64,000 bases of DNA from an uncultured Pseudomonadales bacterium (GTDB lineage: Bacteria; Patescibacteriota; Microgenomatia; UBA1400; PJMF01). A program made the position numbers and the translations under genes. Positions 18,715-33,700 of this stretch are shown here, in pieces. The stretch covers positions 98,093 through 162,092 of the forward strand of contig CAZUHV010000003.1 of assembly GCA_964620965.1 (NCBI GenBank), in the 5' to 3' direction. The notes below the pieces were generated by a model. The model saw nothing but the letters and a program-made list of their open reading frames with translations, was not told where the DNA came from and made no database searches. Within the stretch, counting starts at the first letter, position 1. Each line of letters starts with the position of its first letter.

Positions 18715-21700
18715 CTAGTTCACTATCCACCAGTTGAATGAAACATCTGCTGATGCAGGAGAGTCAAATCCAACTACAAATTCGCCTTCATTTTCTGGGG
18801 TATTTGGATCGTCTTGCGCTTGAGATTTAACAAAGAGAACTTTATTATCTGTGCTGCCAACTGCAGTGACATAGACTAAGCTGTCGTTTGTAACAATTCC
18901 AGATTTAATGGTAACTTTGTCTGAACCAGCTTTTATTGTAGCTTTACCAGAGGTTTTGTTAGTTGAAAGTTCGTTTGTATCGCTAGATCCCAAGTTCTGA
19001 CTTTCAAGTCCGATTCCGCCAGCTATATCAACTTTTCCAGCAAATGCTGCATTTCCTTCTGCTGAGAAGGTGGCAACTGGGGTTCCAACTTCGTTGATGA
19101 TTTCGAATCTAGATTTTTTGACCTCGTTGGTTTGAGTATCAACACCAGCAACTTGAACCTGGAGTGGGTTACCAAACTCTGTAGGTTTGAGCATGTCTGT
19201 GAGGAGTGTGCCTGCGATTTTTGCATTACCTGTAACATCAAGGTCTCCATTGACAGTGACTTTGCCTGAATCATCAATTGTAACTATGCCCGCGAGTAAT
19301 TCGATAGAACCTTGACCTTCTGGTTGAATTTTAAGAATTTGGTTCGCAGGATCTGCGGTTGTGTATCTGATTAATCCATCAGCTATCAACATGCTGTCAC
19401 CAACAAAAAGGTCATTACCAACTGCTAGTGAATCAGACACGTATGCACCACCATTTACCTTGAGGTATTTCTCTACAAACAGGGCAGATCCAGTAAGAAC
19501 AACATCGTCGCTTGTCATGCTGAGTTCTGCAAAGCTTAAGTCCAAATCTGCGCTAGAGCTTGCATTGAACTCTGTTTTGTTAACTGTTGCATAGAGATCT
19601 TCCATAAATGAAGCAGAGGAGGTGCTTTCGTTAGTACCAAGTAAAATATCGAGTAAACCAGGTTGTTGTAGGGTAGTTGCAACTTTATTCTCAAAATCAT
19701 AGATAGAGTTCGCATACAAAGTGCCAGATACAGTAGCGGTAACAAGGTCTGCGGTTGTAGCTCTAACGCTTTCTAGTTGGGCAATTCCTGCCTCTAGGGC
19801 AGAAATACGTGCGGATGCAGCTGTAACTTCATTAGCAAGCAAGGTTCCAACCTGAGCAGTTCCAGAAATGGTAGCATTTTGAGCAACGAGGGTTCCAGAG
19901 ATGCTTACTTCATTTGCAAGTAAGTTACCGAGTTTTGAGTTTTGAGCAGTTAATGTTCCAGAAACCGTTGCATCTCCTTGAACCAGAAGTGAACCAAGAG
20001 TAGAAGAGCCAGATGCAGCTATAGAGTTAGTAATTACATCTTTAGAATTAAGGTTTCCAAGTAAGCTGAGGTTTCCGTCTTTGTTTATTTCTGCAGTTGT
20101 TTTTGTTCCATCGCTAAATTTGACTTTACCAGAGTTTGTAGCAGTGATGACAGTGTCGTTTCCGACTGGAGAAACAAGGGTAGAGTTATTTGAAGCGGTC
20201 TGGTTTCCAACAACACTTTGAATATAGCTGACTAGTGATTGACCGTTAATTGTAATAGTTTCTGCAGAGAGATTCTTGATTGTTGCAGTATTTTCAACGA
20301 TTAACTCTTTGGTGTTAGTAAGGCCTGCTTGGATTATGCCCAATATAGCTGAACGGGCACCAATAATTGTACTCAAAACATTATTATTTTTAGATTCTGT
20401 AACAATGTAATCAGATCCTGATTGAGTAATAACTATGCCTCCTATAGAGTCAAACATGATGTTGTTATTTTCCAAATTTTTCAGTTTGATTTGGTGCTTT
20501 TGTATTTCTGAAAGTAGTAGTGGCGCCAAGAATTGGTAAGAAACACCAGCAGGACTGCCATCTGTATCATAAAATGCCATTTCTGGGATTGTTTGAGCAA
20601 CCTCTTCAGCAATAAGTCCGTATTGGATTGTTCCCAAGCTATCCTTATATTCAAACTTTACGGGTCTTAAGTCATAAAGTTTCTTTGAAGTATTTTCTTG
20701 TATATTTTCTACGTTTGTTTTGTTTTTGATAGATGAAGATAAGTATCCTAGCTGACCATCAGAATTGACATAAACATTACGTGTACTTGAGGTAGTATTG
20801 TAAACTCCTGGCGCATATATGATTCCAGTACTACCTATTGTTAAACGTGTAGTGTTATTTGTCCTGAAATTCATAACATTGTTAAATGGGTTGTTTAAAT
20901 AAACCTGGTCAGTGTCCATCCATAATACTGAGTAATCAGTTCCACCTCTTTCTATTTTATATGCGTTAGTGCTTGAACTGGTATTGTCTTCAATTACAAT
21001 ACCTCCTCCGACAACGTCAAGAACTTGTGAAGCGGTTGTTGTTCCAATTCCAAGATTACCTGCAATATCAACATTTGTTCCATTTCCTCTCAAAAAATAG
21101 TTTACAGAAGTATTACTGTCTGCAAGGATAGAGTATCCACCTTCTTGAGTAATACCAAAGTAATCTGTACTACTATCATCACGAAGTACTATTCCATAGT
21201 TGGAAGTATTAGACTTAAGTTCAATATAACCATTCAAGTGAATCCAATCGTCTGAATTTTCGCCCATCGTTGCATCATCGTCAATGTACCCAGCGGCACC
21301 AATTTGAATATTTCCGCTTACTACTAATTTTTGTCCTGGACTCGTTGACCCAATACCCACATTTCCATCAGAATCTATAACCATTCTTTCTGTTAGAGAC
21401 CCTGCAGTGCTTTGTGTATAGAAACGGAGTATTCCAGGAACAATAGCTCCGCTAATTGTTCCTTCTGTATCAAAAGTAATTCTGCCGGCTTCAGACCAAG
21501 TGCTAGAAGCGCTTCTTCCATAGGCACGAAGCAAGAGAATGTCATCTCCAGTAGTTACAACAGATGGTGATGCTGCTGAACCTCTTGATTTTCTAATATT
21601 AAAGTGAACTCCAGTAGAGTTTGCAGTTGATTGTTGTGCATACATATCATTTGCGCTTGCATCGAATTGGAAGCCTCCAGTACTATCGCCTGCAATGATA

Positions 21701-24700
21701 TCTCCAGTTGCTGCAGTAACAATTGCAACAGGTGCATCTCCAACTGTTAGTGCTCCGTTTACATGAAGTCTTGTTTGTGGAGTAGAGGTAGATAAACCAA
21801 TATTTCCACCTGCTTCAACAAACATCACGTTTCCTGAGACTCCTTCTTCAATTAAGCTGAATCCGTTGAGTGCATTCCAGTCGTTTGCCCAACTCCAGTC
21901 GTGTCCATCTACATCTGTGTTTTCCATTCTGATTCTGCTATCTCCTGGATCAGCAATATGCAAGATTGTTCCTGGAGCAGTGGTTCCAATACCGATATTC
22001 CCACTAACAATGGACATATAGTAAGAGTTAGATATATATGAATGACCAAAGTTGATTGTATTTCCAATTCCACCTCCCGTCATAATATTTAGTCCGCCCC
22101 CATAGCTTGAGATTAGATTTGTTCCTGCAAAGGAAGAAGAGTTTGCATCAGAGTAACTTGATAAAGTTAGACTATTATCTCCACCTGCTACAAGGAGTGT
22201 AGTTGCTGCAGATGTTCCACTTGCTGTGTTATTTATTGCAACGGAAGTTAGAGCATCTTGATTTTTTTCTACAACCAAAAGCCTGCTTGGAGCAGTGGTT
22301 CCAATACCAACATTTGCTCCATCTATAACCAAGTAGTCATCTCCATATAAACCAATTCTTGCATCATAGTCTGTTCCGCCAATATCATTTTGGAAGTCCA
22401 GGTGAGGAATTCCACCGCCGCTTGTAAGTTCAATTGCATAGTTTCCACTTAAATCTTCTCCAGTTCGGAATCCAGGTCCGTTTGGAGTTGAATCCCTTCC
22501 AACACCTACAACATGTAGTTTTGAATCAGAGGTAGTGGTTCCAATACCAATGTTCCCCTCATGGTACATATTTCCACCTTCAGAGTAGACAGAGTAGTTA
22601 GAGGAGCTTCCAACATTCATATTGGCGATTTGTATACCTTTAAGGTGGTTGATTGTTCCACCACTAACACCTGGTGTGTACACTCTAACTAGTGCTAAGT
22701 TATCAACTATTGCTCCAGTGTAGACATCTGCGGCAGAGGTAAGGCCTTCTGAGTATGAAGTTGTGCCTCCATTTCCCCAGAACTTAAGTTGTGAAGAGTT
22801 TCCTTGTAATCCAGACAAAGTTCCAGAGGTGTGTGTTGTGCCAGTGACAGTTCTATATCCATATGCAGTCATTGCTCCAGAAACAGATTGAGTTATTTCA
22901 TTCATAAAGCCAATATAATCACCTGAACCAGAAGAGTTTGTTTTTACAACATGTAACTGAGAGGTTGGGCTTGTAGTTCCAATACCTAAATTCCCTGTAT
23001 CAGTTAGTCTCATTAGTTCGGTACTGGCATTATGAAGGAACTTAAAAGCATGGTTTGAACCATCATTATCAGCATCCATAGTAAAGTTAATATCTTGGTC
23101 ACTTTTAATTTCAGCTACTCCTGTGTCTCCGCTAAAGTACAGTTCTACACCTGCAGAGTTTGCTATGTCTAATTTCGCAGCTGGAGTAATAGAACCAATA
23201 CCGACATTACCACCATCAAGAACAGTGAAGACTTCTGTAGATCCATCAAATAAGTTAAGGATATCTTCGGTTGAGCTATTGCGAACGTCAAGTCTTGCAC
23301 CTGGAGTTGTGGTTCCAATACCTGCATTACTTGCAAGTACCATAGAAGTTGTGCCACCAGCAGGATCAACATAATAGGAACTATTGCTCACATCAGAAAA
23401 TCTTTCTGCGTATAAATATCCAGTATTTGCCATTCTAAATCTAGTTACACCTGCAGAGTTACTTGCTGTAAGAATATCCTGATCCCCAAGTTCTTTGAGT
23501 AAGACCAATGCTTTTCCTGTTACTGCAGTATTAACTTCAAAGCCATGTGTTGGGGTTGCAGTTCCGATACCAACTTTACCAATATTATCAATTACTAGTC
23601 TTTCAGTTCCAGCAGTATCAAATCTGATGTAGTCTTCGTCTGCAGACTCCTCAACCTGAATTTTTGTATCTCCGTCTGCATCAGAAATACCAGAAGCTAT
23701 TATGTCTCCTGAAGAATAAATATTTGTGAACCTTCTTGAAGCAGAGCCAAGAGAATAGGTATCGTCTGCTGTTGGGCCAATGTTTCCGGCAACTTCGAGT
23801 AAGAAACTTGTTGGGGCAGTGGTTCCAATACCGACGTTTCCTGTAGAAGTAATCACAAACTCTGCGGTTGCATCTGCGTCTGGATCAAAGCCGAAGTAAT
23901 TATCTGTGGTGTTGTAAGTAAGGATTCCTTCATCACCTGAATTACCAATATGGATACTTGCTCCTTTTACATACAAGGAATCCCATCTTACGGAATCTGA
24001 ACCTAAACTACTTGCTCCGTCTGAAGCAGGAAGCAGATCATCAGATAGAATGAAATTAGAAGAATCCCATCTAAGATATTCTGTGCCTGCATTGCCAAAG
24101 TACAAATAGTTTGCAAGCTCTATTTCTCCAGCAACGTCGAGTTTTTGACCTGGAGTCGTGGTGCCGATACCAATATTGCCTGCATCTGTAATTACCATAT
24201 CTGGAGAAACTAAACTTCCTCCTCCCGTGAAACGGAGACTCCCGTCATTGTACTGCCCAAGTCCTGCAGGGTTTGGTGTGCCATCATTATCACTTTGGAA
24301 GAATAGTGAAGCATCATTAGCAGAGCCAACGTTTGTATCTGTTGTTATGAATAATTGACTTGCACTGCTTGTTCTATGAATTTGTAATGCTGAAAGTGTT
24401 GTGTTGGTGCCAATACCGATATTAGCATTAAGACCATCAAGGAAGAACGCGTTAGCATTGGTATCAGATTCAATTCTAAAATCTGAGTCATTGCCTTGTT
24501 CGTTGAATACAGCAGAACCGTTAGAGTAGAGTTGGATATCAGCAGAGGCTGTAGAAGTGCCACCAATAGCCAAATCAACTACAGAAGCATATTCGTTTTT
24601 AGGATGGAGTACATTAAGAGTATTAGCCCAAAGAGTTGCACTTGTTGCAATAGAAGCAGGATCAGTCCAGGTCATTGCACCACCACCAGAAGAGGTGAGG

Positions 24701-27700
24701 AGATATCCAGAAGTGCCAGCATTACCAGCCACTCTAATTGCGTCTGTCAAATTAAATTCCCCGACTAGGTCAAGTGCATATCCTGGAGCTGTAGAACCAA
24801 TTCCGACGTTGCCATTTGCATCAATGGTTACTTTTTCGGTTCCAGCGGTTACTATACCAATAGTATCTATCGCAGGTCTGTACAATCCAGTGTTAGTGTC
24901 ACTTGCAAATGAGAATGTTGGTCCACCAACAGTTCCATTACCTGCATAGTAGGTTCGAGCCGTTACATCGTTGTCTACTGATACATCTCCATCTTCATCA
25001 ACAGTAAATCTTGTAGAATCCGCATCTGTCCCAATTTGGAATAGTATTTGGTTTGGAGTAGGGCTATTTTGGAAAATATTTAGGTTAGCAACTGGTGTTG
25101 CGGTGCCGAGTCCAATGTTACCATCAGAACCTTGAAAGAAGAACGCGTTGGCATTTGTGTCTGATTCAATTCTAAAGTCAGAGTCATTGCCTTGTTCGTT
25201 GAATACAGCAGAACCATTAGAGTATAGTTGGATATCAGCAGAGGCAGTAGAGGTGCCACCGATAGCTAAATCAACAACAGAAGCATATTCGTTTTTAGGA
25301 TGGAAGACATTTAATGTGTTTGCCCAAAGGTTAGCTCCAGAACCTAAGGTACTTGGGTCAGTCCAGGTCATAGCACCACCAGCAGATGAAGTGAGGAGGT
25401 ATCCAGAAGTACCAGCATCACCTGCAACTCTAATTGCATCTGTGAGGTTGAATTCGCCAACTAAATCAAGAGTGTATCCTGGAGAGGAGCTACCAATACC
25501 AACATTACCACCATTTGCAGAAAGGATGACAGCATCTGTTGCAGCATCACCGATAAGTAGGTTTCCAGTATTGTTCATGATGTAGGAGTTTGTGCCGTCA
25601 TGGTATAGCTCTAAATCTTGTCCTTCACCAAGTATGATGTTTCCACCACCACTGGTTCCACCTGCTACCCCGTCGCCATCTTCATCTAAAATCCAGTCTC
25701 CAGCCTCACCCCAAATGCCATAGTTATTCGAAGAAGCTGCTGTGATAGCAGTCATATACAGACCATATAAAGTTTGGAAGGAACCACCCCCTGTATCACT
25801 AATTGTTTGTAATCTAAAACCATGTCCAACGGCTACGTTTCCTGATCCAGATAGGTACATATTTGCGTTATACGCAGTTCCATAGGTAATTGTTCCAGCT
25901 CCAGAATTAGTAAATGCTCCAGTAACAGCAGTTCCATTTGTTAAAGTTCCAGCAGTTCCTTGATAGTTGATTGATCCTTGAACACCAGAAAGACCGGAAA
26001 GTGTATTACTTGATCCACTAGGGGTTGTTGCAGAACCAGAAATAGCATTATATGCAGATGCAGCACTATCTATACCATAGACACTTACTCCCAATGCATT
26101 TTGAGTGCTACCTCCGGTATAGCTTGAGACGTATCCAATAGATGCAGCTCCTGTAGAAGAGTTACCTGCACTAGTAGTAATGTTGAGGGGAGCAGTAGGG
26201 CTAGTACTGCCGATACCTACGTTTCCTGCAAAATAGTTTTTTGTGCTACTGCCAGATTGATATACACCATAACTACTAGAAGAGTTGTTTGCAATATCAA
26301 CTGCTCTAAAGTCAGCTGCGCTTGTAAGAGTTGGGTTAATATAAACACCTCTGGTAATTGCAGTTGTTCCACCTGTTTGGTTAATAGTAGATCCAAAATA
26401 GAGACCGTTATAAGAGATATCTTTTGTTGCTGCATTTGGAGAAAATGATTGAGCAACTTTAACTCCATTAACTATGCTGCCAACCAAATTATTTGTAGGG
26501 TCGAAAGTTATTGTATTTGCTAGATCTAGGCCTCCGATATTGCTTGAGTTATTTGTAATATTTTGTGTGGTAGAAAGTTTAATGCCACTTGCATTTGAAA
26601 TAGTTCTACCAGTGTAGAGTTCTAACCCAGCAGTAGTTGTAGTAGTGAGTGCTGATGGGTACATGACAAAACCATTACTGCTTGTTCCAGGAGTATTAAA
26701 CAAGTAAGTATCTGAGGTGTCATCGTAGTATAAGGAAAGCTGTCCCCCAGAACTAACAACGTCGTTAAAAAAAGTAAATCTGTTAATACGGAATGAGTTT
26801 CCACCACTATTGCCTAGTGTACCAATACCTATATTTCCTCCGACAGAGCCTACTTGAAGTTGTGAGGTTGGGTTTGTTGTTCCAATTCCCAAGTTTCCAC
26901 CATTAAAGTATGAACTTCCATTACTATTAAGAGTAATATCTTGGTTCGAAGAGGCATCATAGATAAATAATTGTTGATCTACACCAGATCTAAACATTCT
27001 AGTTTGTCCATATTCGGAACTTAAATAAAGAATTCCATAACTGCTTGCTCCAGTTCTAGCTTCAACTTTACCTCCATAAATATCTGTTGAAAGTTGGAGC
27101 ACAGCATTTGTTGAATAGTCATTGCTTAATTCAAATTTAGAACCTGGTGTTGAAGTTCCAATACCAATATTTCCATCAGAACCCTGAAGGAAAAAGGCGT
27201 TAGCATTTGTGTCTGATTCAATTCTAAAGTCAGAGTCATTGCCTTGTTCGTTGAATACAGCAGAACCATTAGAGTATAGTTGGATATCAGCAGAGGCAGT
27301 GGATGTACCACCAATAGCTAAATCAACAACGCTTGCATATTCATTTTTAGGATGAAGGACATTAAGGGTATTAGCCCAAAGATTAAAACCAGAACCTAAA
27401 GTGCTTGGGTCAGTCCAGGTCATTGCGCCACCACCAGATGAGGTTAGTAAGTATCCAGAGGTTCCGGCGTCGTTGTTTGCATATAGTCCTGAGGTGATGT
27501 TTACTGCTCCATTAACATCAAGTTTTCTTGTAGGACTAATAGAGCCAATTCCTAGATTTCCACTAGCGTTAATCACACTCAAGGCTGTTCCTGCACTATC
27601 TTGCCACTCTTGGATATTTGCAGTACCACTTGGTCCTCCTTTGACAACTAAGCCTTTGCCTCCAGCATATGTCGCAGAGATAGTAGCAGTGTTAGCAGCA

Positions 27701-30700
27701 AGATCGCCACTAACATCAAGCCTTGCACCTGGAGTTGTGGTTCCAATACCTGCATTACCTGCAAGAGTCATAGAAGTTGTGCTTCCAGCAGGGTCTACAT
27801 AGTAAGAATCATTACTAATATCGGAGAATCTTTCTGCATATACGTATCCAGTATTTGCTATTCTCATTCTAGTAGTGCCGCTTGAGCTTGCTGTGAAAAT
27901 ATCTTGGTTACCTGTTTGGTTTAGGATTGCTAAAGCTTTACCTGTTGCTGCACCATCAATATTGAGTAGTCCGATTGGGGTTGCAGAACCAATCCCAACA
28001 TTTCCTAGACCATTAACAATAAACTCTGTTGTTGGAGTACCATCATAGTCGCTTATAAGTTCTAGTAAGCTCCAGTTAGCGGTTGGTGATTGAGCAGATC
28101 TTCCAAGTATTACAGGACCTGTAGGGGTGGCACTTCCATTTGTTCTAGAGAAGGCTCCAACAGCAGCACCAGGTATGTTGGTAACACTTGAATTAACACT
28201 CATTGCACCTACAGAACCAGATTGTAATTCTGTAGCAGTGAACTCTGATCTTCCACGTCCCATCATTACAAACATTGTGCTTTCGTCGCCATCAATAAAA
28301 CGAAATGCAACATGATTGGATCCCAGTGATGTTCCTGTATCTTGTGTTTTTGCTTGGAATGTTATTCTTCCTGCTCCGTTACCATTATCGGCCTGGCTAC
28401 CAACTAGTTTTAGAGCTCCATTATATGTGCTTCCTCCATTAACTATACCAGTTATTAGTAATCCACCATTACTAGAATTATTGATCCCGATTCTTCCAAA
28501 AGTATCGGCTGGAAGTACTGTTGTAACACTATGTGTAATACTTGAACTAGAAAGATCAAGACCTGGAGTTGTACTACTTTGTAGCTCTAGTTTGTTTGTT
28601 GGGTTAGTAGTGCCAATCCCAACATTTCCACCAAAATAAGCTTGGCCATTAGATTGTAAGTGTATATCTGCAGAAGCAGTAGAAGTACCACCTAAAACTA
28701 AGTCAACTATGCTAGCATACTCATCTTTAGGATGTAGTACATTAAGAGTATTTTCCCACCAGCCAGCCCCAGTAATATCATCTGGATCAGTCCAGGTGTT
28801 GGCACCACCACCAGAAGAGGTTAGGAAGTATCCAGTTGTCCCAGCGTCTCCAGCTATTCTGATTGCGTCTGTTAGATTGAGCTCACCGGTAATTTGGGTG
28901 TTGCCAACAACGTCAAGTTTATATCCAGGAGAAGCAGATCCTATCCCCACATTGCCACTGCTGTTAATTGCAAAAATATCACCGTTACTTGCTGCACTAC
29001 TTCTGATTTGGAAGTAATCAGCTGTTGGTGTTGCACCACCTTTGAAGTACGCAACAGGAGAGGTAACAGAAGCAGCATTTTGAACGACTTTAAAAGAAGC
29101 GTCAACATAGTTGAGAGAGATCCCAACACCTCTAGAAGTTCCTACAGTACCACCGATAAGAGAAATATCTCCAGCAGACATACCAGTGCCAACGTTATAT
29201 CCAAAGTCCATTCTGGTAGCATATCCACCAGAAGTAATAGAGGAATTAGTAGAGTTAGTAGCCATGTAGATAGCAGCGGTACCAGAAGGACCAGCACTGA
29301 TATTTAGTCTACCGGCCCCAGTGTAAGAAGAACCAATACCAACATTACCATCATTTGCGATAATAAATTGAGTAGTACCAGAAGCAGAGGCAGTAAAGAT
29401 AGCTTGATTTCCAGTTTGATTTAGAATAGTGAGAGCTTTCCCTGTTGCTGCGCCGTTTACATTTAAAAGACCAATAGGAGCGCTACTACCAATTCCAACA
29501 TTGCCTCCAAAGTATGATTGTGTAGTTCCAGCAGTATAGATTGCATAGTTGTTTGTACCTTGAGTCAAAGCTTCTACGTATAAACCGTATAGGTTTGGAA
29601 TAGTTCCGCTTGTTATTGTGTTTCTAGCTTGGAAAAATGCGGTACTACCTGTGACTGATCCTAAAGCTCCGTGTAGTCTAGACTGAATACCAATAAGTTC
29701 TCCAGTAACTGTGGAAGATGCGTTATTTGTCACTATGCTTCTGCTACCATATTCATTACCAATTGAATATGCACCAGAGATATTTGTATAAACATATGAT
29801 CCATCTATTGTTGATGTAGTGCTTGCATCTGCATACACAAATGCAAGTATACCGGCGGCTCCGCCACTTCCTGTTTTATGTAAATCTATGTTGTAACCAT
29901 AAACAGAACTAGAATTATTTATTGTTCTTGAACCTGCTAAGATTGATCTGCTTGCTTGTCCTGGATCTGCGAAAAGGTAGATCCCATTTGATGGAATTAT
30001 TCCAAGTAAACCAGAGGAATCTACTCCAAATGTTGTTTCTTTAGATCCTGTAGGCTGAGTTATTTTGAATTGTGGACTTGTTGTTGAACTTACCTCTAAT
30101 TTTGCACTAGGAGCAGTAGAACCAATTCCGACATTGCCACCAAAGTAAGCTTGACCATTCGATTGTAAGTGGATATCTGCAGAGGCAGTGGATGTGCCAC
30201 CAATAATAAGATCAACTACAGAAGCATACTCGTCGGTAGGATGATACACATTTAAAGTATTTGTCCAAAGAGTAGAAGCAACTAATGAAGCAGGGTCAGT
30301 CCAGGTCATAGCACCACCGCCGGATGAAGTGAGGAGGTAGCCGGAAGTGCCAGCGTCGCCAGAAGAACGAATAGCATCTGTTAGATTGAGTTCACCAGTG
30401 ATTTGGGTGTTGCCAACAACGTCAAGTTTATATCCTGGAGAAGAAGATCCTATCCCCACATTGCCACTGCTGTTAATTGCAAAAATATCACCGTTACTTG
30501 CTGCACTACTTCTGATTTGGAAGTAATCAGCTGTTGGTGTTGCACCACCTTTGAAGTACGCAACAGGAGAGGTAACAGAAGCAGCATTTTGAACGACTTT
30601 AAAAGAAGCGTCAACATAGTTGAGAGAGATCCCAACACCTCTAGAAGTTCCTACAGTACCACCGATAAGAGAAATATCTCCAGCAGACATACCAGTGCCA

Positions 30701-33700
30701 ACGTTATATCCAAAGTCCATTCTGGTAGCATATCCACCAGAAGTAATAGAGGAATTAGTAGAGTTAGTAGCCATGTAGATAGCAGCGGTACCAGAAGGAC
30801 CAGCACTGATATTTAGTCTACCGGCCCCAGTGTAAGAAGAACCAATACCAACATTACCATCATTTGCGATAATAAATTGAGTAGTACCAGAAGCAGAGGC
30901 AGTAAAGATAGCTTGATTTCCAGTTTGATTTAGAATAGTGAGAGCTTTCCCTGTTGCTGCGCCGTTTACATTTAAAAGACCAATAGGAGCGCTACTACCA
31001 ATTCCAACATTGCCTCCAAAGTATGATTGTGTAGTTCCAGCAGTATAGATTGCATAGTTGTTTGTACCTTGAGTCAAAGCTTCTACGTATAAACCGTATA
31101 GGTTTGGAATAGTTCCGCTTGTTATTGTGTTTCTAGCTTGGAAAAATGCGGTACTACCTGTGACTGATCCTAAAGCTCCGTGTAGTCTAGACTGAATACC
31201 AATAAGTTCTCCAGTAACTGTGGAAGATGCGTTATTTGTCACTATGCTTCTGCTACCATATTCATTACCAATTGAATATGCACCAGAGATATTTGTATAA
31301 ACATATGATCCATCTATTGTTGATGTAGTGCTTGCATCTGCATACACAAATGCAAGTATACCGGCGGCTCCGCCACTTCCTGTTTTATGTAAATCTATGT
31401 TGTAACCATAAACAGAACTAGAATTATTTATTGTTCTTGAACCTGCTAAGATTGATCTGCTTGCTTGTCCTGGATCTGCGAAAAGGTAGATCCCATTTGA
31501 TGGAATTATTCCAAGTAAACCAGAGGAATCTACTCCAAATGTTGTTTCTTTAGATCCTGTAGGCTGAGTTATTTTGAATTGTGGACTTGTTGTTGAACTT
31601 ACCTCTAATTTTGCACTAGGAGCAGTAGAACCAATTCCGACATTGCCACCAAAGTAAGCTTGACCATTCGATTGTAAGTGGATATCTGCAGAGGCAGTGG
31701 ATGTGCCACCAATAATAAGATCAACTACAGAAGCATACTCGTCGGTAGGATGATACACATTTAAAGTATTTGTCCAAAGAGTAGAAGCAACTAATGAAGC
31801 AGGGTCAGTCCAGGTCATAGCACCACCGCCGGATGAAGTGAGGAGGTAGCCGGAAGTGCCAGCGTCGCCAGAAGAACGAATAGCATCTGTTAGATTGAGT
31901 TCACCAGTGATTTGGGTGTTGCCAACAACGTCAAGTTTATATCCTGGAGAAGAAGATCCTATCCCCACATTGCCACTGCTGTTAATTGCAAAAATATCTC
32001 CTGTAGCTGAACCATTTGTAGCAATTTGCAAGTAGTCAAGTGTTGGGCTAGATTCATGCTCAAATCTTACTAGTGCAATGTCGGAGTTGCCAGTGAAACC
32101 AACTACCCCAAAGCTGGCAGCTGTTGTAGGTGCAGCAGGACCAACAAAAGCTCCATTTGCGCCATTTCCTCCCGCAGTGAGTTGCATTACTAGTTCGGAA
32201 GTAGAAACATAAAAATATTGTGATGAACCAGATCTATACATTAGAGAGTCGTCGGAGTTGCCTGTGCCTGTTCCAATAGAAGCCTCTGTAGTTCCTGCTT
32301 GTTGAAATAGGATTCTAGTTTCTTGACCATGAGTTTGGTGGTTCATTTTAATGTACTGGTTAGCATCGCTGTAGAGTTCTAGTAATGCAGTTGCATTGCT
32401 AGTGCCTATACCAACATTTCCTGAAGTATTCACAGAAGATAAAACAGTCCCAGCACTATTTTGCCATTCTTGAATATTAGCAGTGCCACTTGGGCCTCCT
32501 TTTGCTATGAGTGCAGTGCCACCTGCATAGGTAGCGGAGAAGGTTGCTCCAGGTGCATGTAAGTAACCTTCTAGGTCTAAATCTGACTGAACAATAACTT
32601 TACCCGTTCCATCGGGAGCGAGAGTAATGTTGCCATTTGAACCCGAAGATGTCTGTAAAACTAAAGCTTGAGCTTCAATAGTGAAAGATCCTGAGGTTGC
32701 TTTAAGAGAAGGCGAAACTTCCCCTAACAAGACTTGTCCACCGGCATCCATTGTGAGAATTGTGTTTGTGGTTGCCGCTCCTGTGGCAGAAACAGGGTAT
32801 CCTTGAACGGTTTCAGAGTTGAGAGCATAGGCGACGGTTTTGATTGATTGTCTTGGGTCAAGAGTTTCAGATTCAATCTCAACTTCTAACCAGACGTTTG
32901 AGTTCTCAGTAAAGACATTTTCTGTGATTTCAGATCCACAGTCATCTCCTAGACCAACATTAAAAATACCATCTTGATCTGGAGTGACGCTACAAGTTCC
33001 AGAACTCCAGAGTTGAGTTCCTCCAGAACTGTTGTCATACAGTCTAAAAGCCATATCAGTTGAGGTAGTTATTGGGTTTTGTGCGGCATCTGTCAATCTA
33101 CCTTGAAAGGAAAGCTCTCGATTTGGTCGTACAGGGGTACTTGGATACGCAAATGGAGTAGGTGCTTGCTTGATAAATTGTTGATAGCCCAATACACCAA
33201 GTCCAATTGCAAACACAACCATCATTACCAGGTTTAAATATGGCAAAAATTGCTTATTTCTTTTGGTATTTATTTGGTTTGCGAAGTCTTTTAAGCTAGA
33301 TCTAATGCCTGCATATATTTTTCGAGTTTCCTCACTATTTGTAAGTTCTTTCTCTGATTTTGTTGTATTACCTGATTTTTTTTCTAACTCTTCTGCTGCA
33401 AAGTCTGGAACTGGGAGTTTCCAACCATGCTTTACTTGGTTTTGGTTTGTTTGGTGAGCATGAACAAGGGTATTTGGCTTGAGTTTTAATTCAAATTTTT
33501 GTGGAGTAGAGGTTGTAAATTTTGCATTTGGGATTATTGAGTGAGTAGATACAGTTTCTCTCTGAGAGGAAACTGTGGTTGTTTGATTACCAACTCGGCT
33601 ATGATCTTGAGCAATAACTTCTTGAGTTTCAAAGAGCTGTCCTTGAAGTAAGTGGATCCATGAAGAGACTCTCTCAATGAGACTTCTGTCTTGAGCCCAG

